Source: a bacterium (GTDB lineage Bacteria; UBA8248). From it: 64,000 bases of DNA. The DNA lies in NCBI GenBank assembly GCA_965261085.1, contig OZ253442.1:608001-672000 (forward strand), in the 5' to 3' direction. Shown piece after piece: positions 43,270 through 53,135 of this stretch. The position numbers and the translations under genes were made by a program. Each line of letters opens with the position of its first letter. Positions within the stretch are counted from its first letter, which is position 1. Below the pieces are notes generated by a model. The model saw only the letters and a list, made by a program, of their open reading frames with translations, did not search any database and was not told the origin of the DNA.

Positions 43270-43461
43270 TTACCCACTGGCAGGCGGATGATTCTCTTTG
43301 GCTTCAAACTTGCCGCACCAGTTGTTTTGATGAATGACTGGCCAATTATCGTCTGTTAAATTTCCGACTGGCGGGTTGATTCTACAGAGACCATATTCAG
43401 GCACCACTTCGATAGTTCCTTCCAAATCAAAATACACGCAATTCTTGCAGGCCCTTACCAT
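43270..43461 (-). CDS. Small Cys4 passenger protein
   Basis: CKNC...GLCRINPP...WP....WCGKF. Confidence 0.6.
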   Translation of the reverse strand: MVRACKNCVYFDLEGTIEVVPEYGLCRINPPVGNLTDDNWPVIHQNNWCGKFEAKENHPPASG

Positions 43462-43466
43462 AAGAT

Positions 43467-43616
43467 TCAAGCCGTTTTCTTCTTTTCCAAGTAACGCCAC
43501 TTCTTTTTTGGGGGCCGTTGCATGATGGCACGGGCCACGTTCTCGGGAGTATCGGGGATCGGCGGTGGCATTTCCTTTTCGACTGGACGGCCACGGGGTT
43601 TCTTTTCTTCGGGCAT
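43467..43616 (-). CDS. Small basic IS-associated protein
   Basis: MPEEKKPRGRP..PPPIPDTPENVARAIMQRPPKKKWRY; GAGG RBS. Confidence 0.55.
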   Translation of the reverse strand: MPEEKKPRGRPVEKEMPPPIPDTPENVARAIMQRPPKKKWRYLEKKKTA

Positions 43617-43814
43617 GGTAGGTTCCTCGCATCTGATTCTATCTGGCTTCATGCTAGGGTAGTGTAATGGAAATAGGCTGGAAATGGGAAGCCCTTTGAT
43701 GTAAATTTGAAACATTATAAAAGATACAGGAAAACATTTCTTTTGAAATTGGGTATAGTTCATGAAAATATACGAGCATTCTGAAATTTCGGTATGCATC
43801 TGCTCTATCAATAA

Positions 43815-44171
43815 ATGAACGCCATGAAATTTTTCCAAGGGAAACTTTTTCAAGGAATAATGATTTTCTGCAACTGCGTATTTCTAATTGTCTTCGTTGT
43901 GGTGCTGACGACACCATATTTTTTGAATTTAATATCTGCTTATTCACTCCCTACAACAAATCACCTTAAGATATGGATGACATTCGTCCAGATAGGTTTG
44001 ACCAGCGTTATCATCATGTTGATCATATTAGGTGTGATATCATTTCAAAGGATGGATAGGTTAGAAGAAAGAGACCATTCAAGTAGAGTTACGAGTGGAC
44101 CAACTCAAGAGAAGGAGCCCCATGATGCACAAACCAGAGAATCCCACAGATTACCTCCAAGGACAAGTTGA
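43815..44171 (+). CDS. Hypothetical two-TM passenger protein
   Basis: Two hydrophobic segments, AT-rich. Confidence 0.45.
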   Translation: MNAMKFFQGKLFQGIMIFCNCVFLIVFVVVLTTPYFLNLISAYSLPTTNHLKIWMTFVQIGLTSVIIMLIILGVISFQRMDRLEERDHSSRVTSGPTQEKEPHDAQTRESHRLPPRTS

Positions 44172-44406
44172 TTTTATCAATTTCTTCTGCGCTTTTTGGG
44201 CGTCGAAAATGCCGTTGCTTGTACCCGAATTAAGAGATGATTTTTTGCAAGCATACCATTCGTTGGAAAAAGAACCCACGGGGGACTACAGAGTGGGGCT
44301 TGAGGAGAGCTTTACACGGATATGCGGCGAAAAGGAAATTTCTTCACGCCAACTAGGATCGCGTTCTTTCGGTAGCGGCAGGGAATTAAATGAAGCTATC
44401 GGATGA
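44122..44406 (+). CDS. Hypothetical passenger protein
   Basis: AGGAG RBS before ATG 44122. Confidence 0.5.
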   Translation: MMHKPENPTDYLQGQVDFINFFCAFWASKMPLLVPELRDDFLQAYHSLEKEPTGDYRVGLEESFTRICGEKEISSRQLGSRSFGSGRELNEAIG

Positions 44407-44608
44407 GGAAAGGGCGATACTCCATACACTTGCCGTTATTTGCAGAGTTTTGATGGAGGAAACAGACCAGAAAGACAAGTTAGCGAAAACGATCGAAGAA
44501 ATCTACAACGACGTTCTAACTGATCATCCTTCTGCAGAATATGAAGAAGTCGCGCAAAGGTTATTTCATTATTTCTTTGGCAAAGAATATGTACGCCGAG
44601 ATGGATAA
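44390..44608 (+). CDS. Hypothetical passenger protein
   Basis: 72-aa helical-looking ORF overlapping the upstream stop. Confidence 0.5.
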   Translation: MKLSDEERAILHTLAVICRVLMEETDQKDKLAKTIEEIYNDVLTDHPSAEYEEVAQRLFHYFFGKEYVRRDG

Positions 44609-44640
44609 TCGACCCCCGCCCCAGCCTTGATTTATAGATT

Positions 44641-45489
44641 TTACGCCACCAAGTCTTTATAGCGGAGCCTCTTGCCGTTCATGCCGAGAACCATGGATTG
44701 CATCTGTTCGATGGTATCCATGGGGCGGAGATTATGGCGTCCTGCAAATTCATTCACATATCGTTGCAGGTGCTTCCGGCTCATGTTGTGATAGACGCCA
44801 TGATACCCTCTTTTGAGCATAGACCAAAATGATTCAATCCCGTTTGTGTGAGCCATGCCGTTTACATACTCTTTGGCGGAATGCCGTACGCTTTCGTGCT
44901 TGTATTCGCCGCCGTACTCATCGCCAAGGTGGACGTAACCCCGATTTTCGTCGGTGAAAAGCGTGGCTCCCGGAACGACATTCTCACGAACAAATTTCTT
45001 GAGAGTCTCGCCTTTTCCATCCTCAAGAACATCGGCCTTCACCCGTCCGGTTTCCCTATCCTTTGCGCCGATGATTCCCGTCTTATTCACGGGGCCGCGC
45101 CCTTCCTTCGTCCGCTTTGACGTGGGCTTGTTTTTCTCAAGGCCACCAATATAGCTTTCGTCAACTTCCGTAGGGCCGGAAAACAATCCGCCGTTTTCCT
45201 GCCACGTCTCCCGGATACGATGCGCCAAGTGCCACGCGCTCTTTTGTGTGATGCCGAGATCGCGGTGCAACTTCATGGATGATACGCCCTTGAGGTTCGT
45301 GGTGGAAAGGTAAATCGCAATCGCCCACTTTTGAAATCCGAGATTAGACCCTTGCATGAGTGTTCCGGTCTTTACCGAAAAATCCTTGCGGCAATCTGAA
45401 CACCAATACGGGAGGGGCTTTTCATTCGGAACAGGAGATACTTTGATGCTTCCGCAATGAGGGTAGTATCGCTCCTGATTAGGCCAGCG
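44641..45489 (-). pseudogene. IS1595-family (ISXO2-like) DDE transposase, 5' truncated
   Basis: EVDESYIGG, TDE, HTNGIESFWS; frame extends upstream as RWPNQERYYPHCGS...WCSDCRKDFSVKTGT (Zn ribbon, first Cys appears as Tyr) with no start codon. Confidence 0.85.
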
Positions 45490-45714
45490 GGTGCGCCATG
45501 CGCGACATCTGGCATGTGAACGAATAGGGTGAAACCCGACCGGAGAGGGGGGGGGTTGCCGACCGACTCAGGAGAGGCTGCCCGACTGAGGAATGAGGGT
45601 TTGATCCGCGCATTTTCCCGCATTCGCCCTCATGGTGGGGCGCGGGCGTGTGGCGGTATCCACCCGCGAACCCGTGAATCGAGTCGAGACGGAATTGTTG
45701 AAAATATCGATAAA
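45481..45714 (+). repeat. 234-bp direct repeat, copy 2
   Basis: Matches 43016-43249. Confidence 0.9.
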
Positions 45715-45786
45715 TTCACGAGGGTTTTCGATAAAAAAATAAAAGTTATGTCATTGATATATATGGAGTTAAGGTGTAATTAAGGC

Positions 45787-46173
45787 CTATTCCGCGCGGA
45801 GGATGCTCCTCGCTTTTTCTCCCTCGGGCGTCACGGCCAGCACCTCGAGACTCGGCCGCGCCGGGCTTCTCGTGAGCAGGAGTTCCACGGGCTCATCCAG
45901 CGCCATGATCTCATGCACTTCTCCGGGCGGGAACTGCACTAGATCGCCGGGCGCGGCCTCTAAGACCTCTCCTTCCACGGCGATGCGGAGACTGCCCTTC
46001 AGGAGATAGAGGAATTGCTCGTCATGGTGATAGTGCGGGTTGGAATGGCCGTTCGCCTCCATGCGGAAAAAACCGATGGTGGTATGGGCGCCATCGACCC
46101 AGGCGGCGTTTGCGGTCACGTAGTCGGCGGCCTTTCCCTGCTCCTGTCCGGCGAGATTTCTGTATATCGGCAT
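45787..46173 (-). CDS. Cupin-domain protein
   Basis: PHYHHDEQ...PPGEVH; GGAG RBS. Confidence 0.8.
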   Translation of the reverse strand: MPIYRNLAGQEQGKAADYVTANAAWVDGAHTTIGFFRMEANGHSNPHYHHDEQFLYLLKGSLRIAVEGEVLEAAPGDLVQFPPGEVHEIMALDEPVELLLTRSPARPSLEVLAVTPEGEKARSILRAE

Positions 46174-46333
46174 GACGTGAACTCCCCTCCATGAGGTGAT
46201 GATCGGTATACGCGGTGTCGGGCGTATTCTAACGGCATGGACTCGCAATCTGTCCAACGCCCATGTATATTTGTTCGACATAATCAATGGCGAGCATATC
46301 CTGCGCTACATAGAGTTTTTCCGGAGGTATTTC

Positions 46334-47368
46334 GTGAGCGCTCCTCCCGTGGATGAGTTCGAATATTTCTTTGAAAAACCCTGGTCGGACGGCCTGCCGG
46401 TCATCCCCCCGACGGAAGAGCGCCTGGGACTCATGCTGGCGGGTACGAGCCGCGCTCCGGACGAAGTCATCGGGGACGTGCCCCCGCTGCTGGCCCAGGC
46501 GGACGTTCGGACGATCGCCGTTCATGCCGTCATGGCCGGATGCAAACCGGAGTATATGCCCGTTCTCATCGGGGCGGTCGAAGCCATTCTGGAAGAAAAA
46601 TTCAATGCGGGAGGCGTGCAGGCGACGCTCTCATGCGCGGCCCCGCTTTTGATCGTGAACGGCCCTTACGCCAGGAAAATCGGCATACACGGCGGGCTCG
46701 GCTGTTTCGGTCCGGGAAATCGCGCAAACGCGACGATTGGCCGCGCCATCAGGCTTTTGCTCCTCAACGTAGGCGGCGGAATACCGGGTATCACCTCGAT
46801 GAGCACGTTTTCACAACCGGGGAGGTTCACGTTCTGCATCGCCGAGAACGAAGAGGAAAGCCCCTGGGAGTCTCTTGCGCTGACGAAGGGTTTTGGCGCG
46901 GACGCGGACGTCGTCACCGTCGTGCATGTGGAAGGCCCCGTCATGGTCTGGGATGACGTGAGTAACGACCCCGAACGAATGTTCCCCTCCATTGCGGACA
47001 CCATGTCGCATTTGGGCGCCTGGAATTGTTGGGCCAGCACCGATTTGGTAGTGGCCATGAGCCCGCAGCAGGCTGCGATTTGCGCGAAGAGGGGGTATTC
47101 CAAGGCGGATGTCCATGGACGCCTTTGTGAAATCGCGGGCCGCACGGTGGGCGAGCTCAAAACGGGAGGGCATTTCAGGGAAAATCGGATCAAGGATTTT
47201 CCGATCCCTGTAGATTTGGAAGATGACGATGCGTTTGTTCCGGCGATAAAAGAGGCCCAGAGACTGCTCTTGATCGTGGCGGGCGGAATTCCGGGGCCGA
47301 TGACGGCCGTGATGCACGGCTGGAACGGCAGTAGCCACTCTGTATCCCGTTCATTTGAATCCTGGTGA
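46334..47368 (+). CDS. Uncharacterised WSDGLPVxxPT-family protein, paralog 1
   Basis: GTG after GGAGG; DEFEYFFEKPWSDGLPVIPPT, HAVMAGCKPEY, IVNGP, GCFGPGNRANATIGRA. Confidence 0.85.
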   Translation: MSAPPVDEFEYFFEKPWSDGLPVIPPTEERLGLMLAGTSRAPDEVIGDVPPLLAQADVRTIAVHAVMAGCKPEYMPVLIGAVEAILEEKFNAGGVQATLSCAAPLLIVNGPYARKIGIHGGLGCFGPGNRANATIGRAIRLLLLNVGGGIPGITSMSTFSQPGRFTFCIAENEEESPWESLALTKGFGADADVVTVVHVEGPVMVWDDVSNDPERMFPSIADTMSHLGAWNCWASTDLVVAMSPQQAAICAKRGYSKADVHGRLCEIAGRTVGELKTGGHFRENRIKDFPIPVDLEDDDAFVPAIKEAQRLLLIVAGGIPGPMTAVMHGWNGSSHSVSRSFESW

Positions 47369-47393
47369 TGCCCGTATATTTCAGGGGAGGTGA

Positions 47394-48428
47394 ATGGTTT
47401 TGAACGATCCTCAAGATGAATTCGAGTTTTTCCTGGAAAAACCCTGGTCGGACGGCTTGCCAGTCGTCACGCCAACGGAAGAGCGCATAGAGCGCATGCT
47501 TTCGGGCACGAAAAGAAGTCCAGGCGAGTTCATAGGTCACGTTCCTCCCGCCATGGGCGAGGCTACGGTCCATAGCGTGGCGGTTCATGCGGTAATGGCC
47601 GGCTGTAAGCCCGAGTATCTGCCGGTCGTTCTCGGCGCTACCTCCCTCATGCTTCGCGATGAGTTCAACATGAACGGCGTGCAGGGTACCATGCATGGTG
47701 TGGCGCCACTGATGATCGTGAATGGCCCTTATTCCGAGCAAATCGGCATTCACGGAGGAAATGGCTGCTTTGGCCCCGGCTTTAGGTCCAACGCTTCCAT
47801 TGGACGAGCCATTCGCCTGATTCTCATGAATCTGGGCGGGGGCATCCCGGGCGTTTCTTCTATGACGATTTTCGGCACGCCGCTTCGCTACACCGCGTGC
47901 ATCACGGAAAACCTTCAGTTTCACCCCTGGGAGACGCTCGCTGAATCCAGAGGATATCGGGCGGATGAAAATGTTATTACCATGGCTATGGTGGAAAGCC
48001 CGCGCCTGACTTTCGATGACGTCAGTGAGGAGCCCGAGCGCCTGCTCCGGGGAATCGCCGATGCGATGACGGGCTTGGGTTCCTGGAACATGCATGCGCC
48101 CAGGACCGACATGGTCGTCGCCATGAACCCCCAGCATGCGAAAATTTGCTTTGACGGCGGTTTTACGCACTCGGACGTGCATCAGCGGCTGTGTGAATTG
48201 GCCGGCCATAAGGTAAAAGATCTGAAACGCGGCGGCAACTGGCGACGCGCGCGCGCGCTGGATATGTATATCCATGTGGATCCCGATGATGATGATTTTT
48301 TTGTCCCCGTCATCAAAGACCCCCGCGATCTCCATTTTATCGTCGCGGGCGGCTGGGGTTCCGGCAGCGCGGTCTGCCATGGGTGGAGTGGTGGCAGCCG
48401 CGCCGTTCATGGGGCCTATGAAGTGTAG
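47394..48428 (+). CDS. Uncharacterised WSDGLPVxxPT-family protein, paralog 2
   Basis: Same motif set; GGAGG RBS. Confidence 0.85.
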   Translation: MVLNDPQDEFEFFLEKPWSDGLPVVTPTEERIERMLSGTKRSPGEFIGHVPPAMGEATVHSVAVHAVMAGCKPEYLPVVLGATSLMLRDEFNMNGVQGTMHGVAPLMIVNGPYSEQIGIHGGNGCFGPGFRSNASIGRAIRLILMNLGGGIPGVSSMTIFGTPLRYTACITENLQFHPWETLAESRGYRADENVITMAMVESPRLTFDDVSEEPERLLRGIADAMTGLGSWNMHAPRTDMVVAMNPQHAKICFDGGFTHSDVHQRLCELAGHKVKDLKRGGNWRRARALDMYIHVDPDDDDFFVPVIKDPRDLHFIVAGGWGSGSAVCHGWSGGSRAVHGAYEV

Positions 48429-48469
48429 CGCCGGAGCGGCCATGACGAACAGAACGAAGTCATATTCCT

Positions 48470-49486
48470 ATGGATGAATTTGAGTTTTTCTTCCAAAAAC
48501 CCTGGTCGGATGGTCTTCCGGTAATCCCCCCTACCCAAGAGCGAATGGACGCGATGCTCTCGGGCACGAGACTTGAAAAGTCAGATACCATTGGTTTGGT
48601 GCCGCCCCTCATGGGTCAGGCGAGCGTAGGCGCGATTGCCGCACACGCCGTAATGGCGGGGTGTGAGCCTTCGTTTTTGCCCGTCGTTATTTCAGGCCTC
48701 CAGGCGCTCCTTGCACCAAAACTCAACTTAAACGGCGTGCAGGGCACAATGCACAGCGCGGCCCCTTTGATTATCGTGAACGGGCCTTATGCGAGAAAAA
48801 TCGGTCTGCACGGAGGCACAGGGTGTTTTGGGCCGGGTTTTCGGGCGAATGCGACGATCGGACGCGCTATCAGGCTCATTCTCATGAACTTGGGCGGAGG
48901 TGTGCCGATTTCCGCCTCGATGAGCACGTTCGGCTCACCTGCCAGATATACATTTTGTATTGCCGAGAATGAAGCGGAAAGCCCTTGGGAGCCATTTTCC
49001 GTCACGAGAGGATTTCTTCAGGATGACGATGTTGTAACCGCCGTGATGACGGAAGCGCCCCAAGGGTATATTGATGATTATTCCAAGGAGCCAGAATCTT
49101 TTTTCGTGGGTCTGGCGGATAAAATATCCACATTAGGCTCGCTGAATATATGGCTTAAGACCCAGGTCGTTGTCGCTTTGGGCCCGGATCATGCGCGTAT
49201 GTGTGCGGAAGCGGGCCTTGATAAAGGAGATGTTCATCGCCGGATAGTTGAACTTGCATGCAGGCCTCTCGGAGAACTCAAGAGATCGGGCTATTGGCGC
49301 GAAAATATGATGGCCAAATGGCCATTTGATATCGACCCGCAGGATGATTCGGTTATGGTACCGGCGATTAAGGATGAAGATGATCTGTTGCTTGTTGTTG
49401 CAGGAGGCACCCCCGGGCCGGTAACGGCCGTCATGCCCGGCTGGGTGGATGGGAGTGAGGCGGTCTCGACGGATTATCAACCATAA
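48470..49486 (+). CDS. Uncharacterised WSDGLPVxxPT-family protein, paralog 3
   Basis: Same motif set. Confidence 0.85.
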   Translation: MDEFEFFFQKPWSDGLPVIPPTQERMDAMLSGTRLEKSDTIGLVPPLMGQASVGAIAAHAVMAGCEPSFLPVVISGLQALLAPKLNLNGVQGTMHSAAPLIIVNGPYARKIGLHGGTGCFGPGFRANATIGRAIRLILMNLGGGVPISASMSTFGSPARYTFCIAENEAESPWEPFSVTRGFLQDDDVVTAVMTEAPQGYIDDYSKEPESFFVGLADKISTLGSLNIWLKTQVVVALGPDHARMCAEAGLDKGDVHRRIVELACRPLGELKRSGYWRENMMAKWPFDIDPQDDSVMVPAIKDEDDLLLVVAGGTPGPVTAVMPGWVDGSEAVSTDYQP

Positions 49487-49521
49487 GCGCTTCAGTCGGG
49501 ATAATATTTGAGGATGAACGT

Positions 49522-50541
49522 ATGGATGAATTCGAGTTTTTCCTGGGAAAAGAATGGTCAGATGGCTTGCCTGTCGTGACGCCGACGGAAGAGAGAATCG
49601 GTTTGATGCTCTCTGGAACCAGAAGGGAGTCGGGCGAAGTAATCGGCCATGTAGCTCCGGCTGGGGGCGAGCTCAGCATACAAACCATGGCAACGCATGC
49701 CGTGATGGCGGGATGTAAGCCTGAATACATGCCAGTGTTGATAGCAGGACTGGAAGCGCTTCTTGATGAGCGGTTTAACGTAAATCTGATTCAGGCCACA
49801 ACGAGCGCGGGCGCACCATTTTTGTTGGTCAATGGCCCCTACGCCAAGGAAATCGGACTACACGGGGGAGTGGGCTGCATGGGCCCCGGCTTTCGCGCAA
49901 ATCTGACTATTGGCCGCGCCGTGAGGCTCATCATGATGAATGTGGGAGGAGGAATTCCCGGAGTCACCTGCCTCGGTGGATTTGGAGGTCCTTGGCGAAA
50001 CACTTTTTGCATCATGGAGAACGAGGAGGAATCGCCTTGGGAGTCGTATGCAGAGTCCAAAGGGTTTTCAAAAAACGATAATGTGGTGACAATGATTCCC
50101 CTCGAAGGGCCCGTTCAGGTATGGGACGATGCGAGCCTGACTCCCGATAGGCTTCTTACGACGATTGCCGATATGATGTCCGCATTGGGTGGGCCCAACA
50201 TGTATCGGCAAGCGGACATGTCGGTTGTCCTGGGCGCGCAACATGCGCATCTTTGCGCTGACGCCGGGCTGACCCGTAGCGATGTCCATCAAAAGTTACT
50301 AGAAATGGGAGGGAGAACTATTGGGGATATAAAGCGCGGCGGCATCTGGCGAGGTGAGAAAGGCGCAGATCGCTGGCCGTTTCCCGTGGATGTGAATGAT
50401 GATGATTTTTTTGTGCCTGCGGTAGGTGATCCCGACGATCTTCATTTGATCGTCGCAGGAAGCAGAGGTTCACCCTCGAGCATGGTCATGCACGGAATTA
50501 CCGTGGCGTGCCGAGCCGTGATAAAAAAATTTAGTGTGTGA
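49522..50541 (+). CDS. Uncharacterised WSDGLPVxxPT-family protein, paralog 4
   Basis: Same motif set (GCMGPG variant). Confidence 0.85.
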   Translation: MDEFEFFLGKEWSDGLPVVTPTEERIGLMLSGTRRESGEVIGHVAPAGGELSIQTMATHAVMAGCKPEYMPVLIAGLEALLDERFNVNLIQATTSAGAPFLLVNGPYAKEIGLHGGVGCMGPGFRANLTIGRAVRLIMMNVGGGIPGVTCLGGFGGPWRNTFCIMENEEESPWESYAESKGFSKNDNVVTMIPLEGPVQVWDDASLTPDRLLTTIADMMSALGGPNMYRQADMSVVLGAQHAHLCADAGLTRSDVHQKLLEMGGRTIGDIKRGGIWRGEKGADRWPFPVDVNDDDFFVPAVGDPDDLHLIVAGSRGSPSSMVMHGITVACRAVIKKFSV

Positions 50542-50629
50542 AATAGCTTGATGGCGTGACAAAATCTCATGTGCCACTTGTTCGTATAAGCCTTTGTGAA
50601 GCTAGTAATGGTTTGGTGTTTTTCTGAAG

Positions 50630-50662
50630 AAAAAAGCCCCGGCAGCTTGCCGGGGCTTTTTT
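50630..50662. terminator. Bidirectional intrinsic terminator
   Basis: A6-GCCCCGGCA-GCT-TGCCGGGGC-T6 between convergent genes. Confidence 0.88.
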
Positions 50663-50677
50663 GTGATTGATCGCCAG

Positions 50678-52939
50678 TTAATGGCCGTTGCTTTTACCGT
50701 TTTTCTTCATGACCGCCCAGCAGACTCGCTCAGGCGTGATGGGAAGGTCGTAAACTTCCGTGCCTATCGCATCGTTGATGGCGAGGGCGACGGCGGCTGG
50801 CGCATTATTACATGGTGGTTCTCCGACGCCCCGCGCACCATATGGACCCGCGCCTTCTCCACATTCGAGAACGACAGACTCAAACTCGCCAATATCCGAG
50901 GAGGTGGGAATCAGGTACTCGTGAAAACTCTGTGATCGGCAATCTCCTTCCACCATGGTGATTTCCTCGTGCAGAGCGTAGCCAATCCCCATCACCGCGC
51001 CCCCTTCAAATTGCCCCTCCACGCTTTGAGGGTTTAGCGCTCGCCCGACATCATGGGTGGCGACATGCTTCAAGAGATTCACTTCGCCAGTTTCGACATC
51101 AACTTCCACTTCGCTTGCATGAACGCCAAAGGTGTAGTCCGCCCATCCGCCCATGCCGTTCATGTATCGTTCCGGATTCTCATATTCGTGCCCCGGCATG
51201 TTGTAGCCATGCGTGCAATGGAGTGACTCGCCCATTTGCTTGGCTTCGCCCGCCGCGGCTCCGATGGTCACTCTCCTCTCGGGAGAGGAGGCCACCCACG
51301 CTTCGCCGCCAGCGATGCGAATGTCTTCCTCCGCAGCCTCAAGCAACGATGCGGCACCTTTTGTGACAGCTTTTCGAACCTCGTCTGCTGCAAGCCGAAC
51401 GGCGTGCCCCGCCATAAGCGTTTGGCGGGAGCCTGCAGTGATGCCCGAAAGCGGCGTAGTGGCGGAATCGGACAAGCGGGTGGAAACTTGGTTGAGCCTG
51501 AGCCCCAGGGTTTCAGCCGTGATGCTTTGAAGCGTAGCGCCCTGCCCTGCCCCAATATCTGGTGCGCTCACACGGACCACGGCACTGCCGTCCGGCTCGA
51601 GGTGAACGGCTGCATTCGCATCGTCACTCGGCCTTCCGTAGCCGGTAATATTCGCAGCCGCCGCCCGGCCAATGCGCTTGCCAGGGCCTGGTTTAGCGGG
51701 TTCGCCCAGGGCCTTAAGCGCGCTATCGAGGCATCCTTCCAGGTTTGGTTCATAAGGAATTTTCTGCCCAGTCGGCAGTTCTTGTCCTTTCTGAATGAAA
51801 TTTTTTCGCCTGAATTCGTATTTGTCCATGCCGATGGCGTCTGCGACCAGGTTCATTTGATTTTCATAAGCGAAGCAAACCTGGTTCGACCCAACACCGC
51901 GCATTGCGTTGGTGATGGGGTTATTGGTGAGGTAGCCGTGCGCGCGAATTTTCACGTGGGAAACGTCATATGGGCCTGCGGCGATGCACATCGCGCCCAA
52001 GAGGAACAAATTGGATTTATATGGATAGGCGCCTGCGTCGCCTACGATATCCGCTTGCACGGCCAGGATTTTCCCGTCCTTGGTGGCTCCCGTTTTGTAC
52101 TTCATATAAAAAGGATGCTTTTTCGAGGTGTTTCTAATGCCATGCTCGCGCCCCAGCACCATCACGGCCGACCTTCGAGTATGCCAGGTGAGTAGAGCAA
52201 GGTAGGGTTCTACGGTCAGCATGCCCTTGGCGCCGAATCCCCCGCCGACATAAGTGCCAAGGTGACGAACGCGGCTCTGAGAAATCCCCAAAATCGCCGC
52301 TATGGCGCGATAATATTCGATAAGCTGCGTGCCGACGCGAATGGTAATAACGCCGTCTTCTTCCATCCAGGAAGTGCCGGATGCGGGTTCCAGGAATGCG
52401 TGTTCGGCAAGTTGCGTGGTGTATGTTTTCTCAATCACCACATCGGCTTCGTCAAACGCGGTTTTTATGTCTCCACGGATAACCTCGAAATCACACGCCT
52501 GTCGTTTCTCGGCGCTCGTTTCATCATGACGCGTTGTCCACACCCCTTCTTCTGCTTCGATTTCCACCTCGATGGCCGAGATGGCGGCATCAAGCGCTTC
52601 CCTGGTCTCAGCGCCTACGATTGCAAGGGCGTCTCCCGTAAATTCGATTTTATCTTCCACCAGCACTGGCTGATGTGGCAGGCCCGGCGTGCCGGAGCCG
52701 TATCGAACGTTCGTGCCGGGAATGTCCTTTGCGGTCAGAATGGCGGCTACGCCTGGAATTTTTTCAGCTATTGAAGTGTCGAGTTTTTTCAAACGGCCTA
52801 CGGGGACGGGCGTAAATAATACGCCGCACTGCAAAGCGCCTGCGGGGATCGCGTCTTCTCCGTAGGGCATGGAACCATCCGCTTTCGGAATAGAATCATA
52901 TCGGACGTTCGATTTGCCGATGATATCGTAATCGGGCAT
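50678..52939 (-). CDS. Xanthine dehydrogenase-family molybdopterin-binding subunit
   Basis: EHAFLEP, VGGGFGAKG, AMRGVG, DIGAG, GSRQT, GQFEGG, RGVGEPP, LPITPERV. Confidence 0.92.
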   Translation of the reverse strand: MPDYDIIGKSNVRYDSIPKADGSMPYGEDAIPAGALQCGVLFTPVPVGRLKKLDTSIAEKIPGVAAILTAKDIPGTNVRYGSGTPGLPHQPVLVEDKIEFTGDALAIVGAETREALDAAISAIEVEIEAEEGVWTTRHDETSAEKRQACDFEVIRGDIKTAFDEADVVIEKTYTTQLAEHAFLEPASGTSWMEEDGVITIRVGTQLIEYYRAIAAILGISQSRVRHLGTYVGGGFGAKGMLTVEPYLALLTWHTRRSAVMVLGREHGIRNTSKKHPFYMKYKTGATKDGKILAVQADIVGDAGAYPYKSNLFLLGAMCIAAGPYDVSHVKIRAHGYLTNNPITNAMRGVGSNQVCFAYENQMNLVADAIGMDKYEFRRKNFIQKGQELPTGQKIPYEPNLEGCLDSALKALGEPAKPGPGKRIGRAAAANITGYGRPSDDANAAVHLEPDGSAVVRVSAPDIGAGQGATLQSITAETLGLRLNQVSTRLSDSATTPLSGITAGSRQTLMAGHAVRLAADEVRKAVTKGAASLLEAAEEDIRIAGGEAWVASSPERRVTIGAAAGEAKQMGESLHCTHGYNMPGHEYENPERYMNGMGGWADYTFGVHASEVEVDVETGEVNLLKHVATHDVGRALNPQSVEGQFEGGAVMGIGYALHEEITMVEGDCRSQSFHEYLIPTSSDIGEFESVVLECGEGAGPYGARGVGEPPCNNAPAAVALAINDAIGTEVYDLPITPERVCWAVMKKNGKSNGH

Positions 52940-53067
52940 TTGTTTACTCCTTAAGGATAGAGAATTCCCATGAATTGGACTTGATTTTGCCAAAATTCGA
53001 CGAATCTGAGAAGCGGGCGAAAAGAATCATTCATGTTTTCGAGAAAAAATCGAATCGATGGATATCG

Positions 53068-53096
53068 TAGACAAGGAGTGATTTGCGAGATATGAT
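53068..53096 (+). promoter_or_regulatory. Putative sigma70 promoter of the UGSC operon
   Basis: TAGACA-N17-TATGAT. Confidence 0.55.
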
Positions 53097-53135
53097 TTAG
53101 ACACGGGTGAATTCACATATTATATGGAGAAAACC

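Larger units (their letters stand above)
43253..45489 (-). mobile_element. Truncated IS1595-family element with passenger genes
   Basis: Abrupt AT-rich block, transposase, candidate end GGGAATTATATACTAAGT at 43253; other end missing. Confidence 0.75.

Noticed and set aside
43016-45714. Prophage/integrative element att sites
   Set aside because: No integrase or tRNA; the content is an IS1595 fragment
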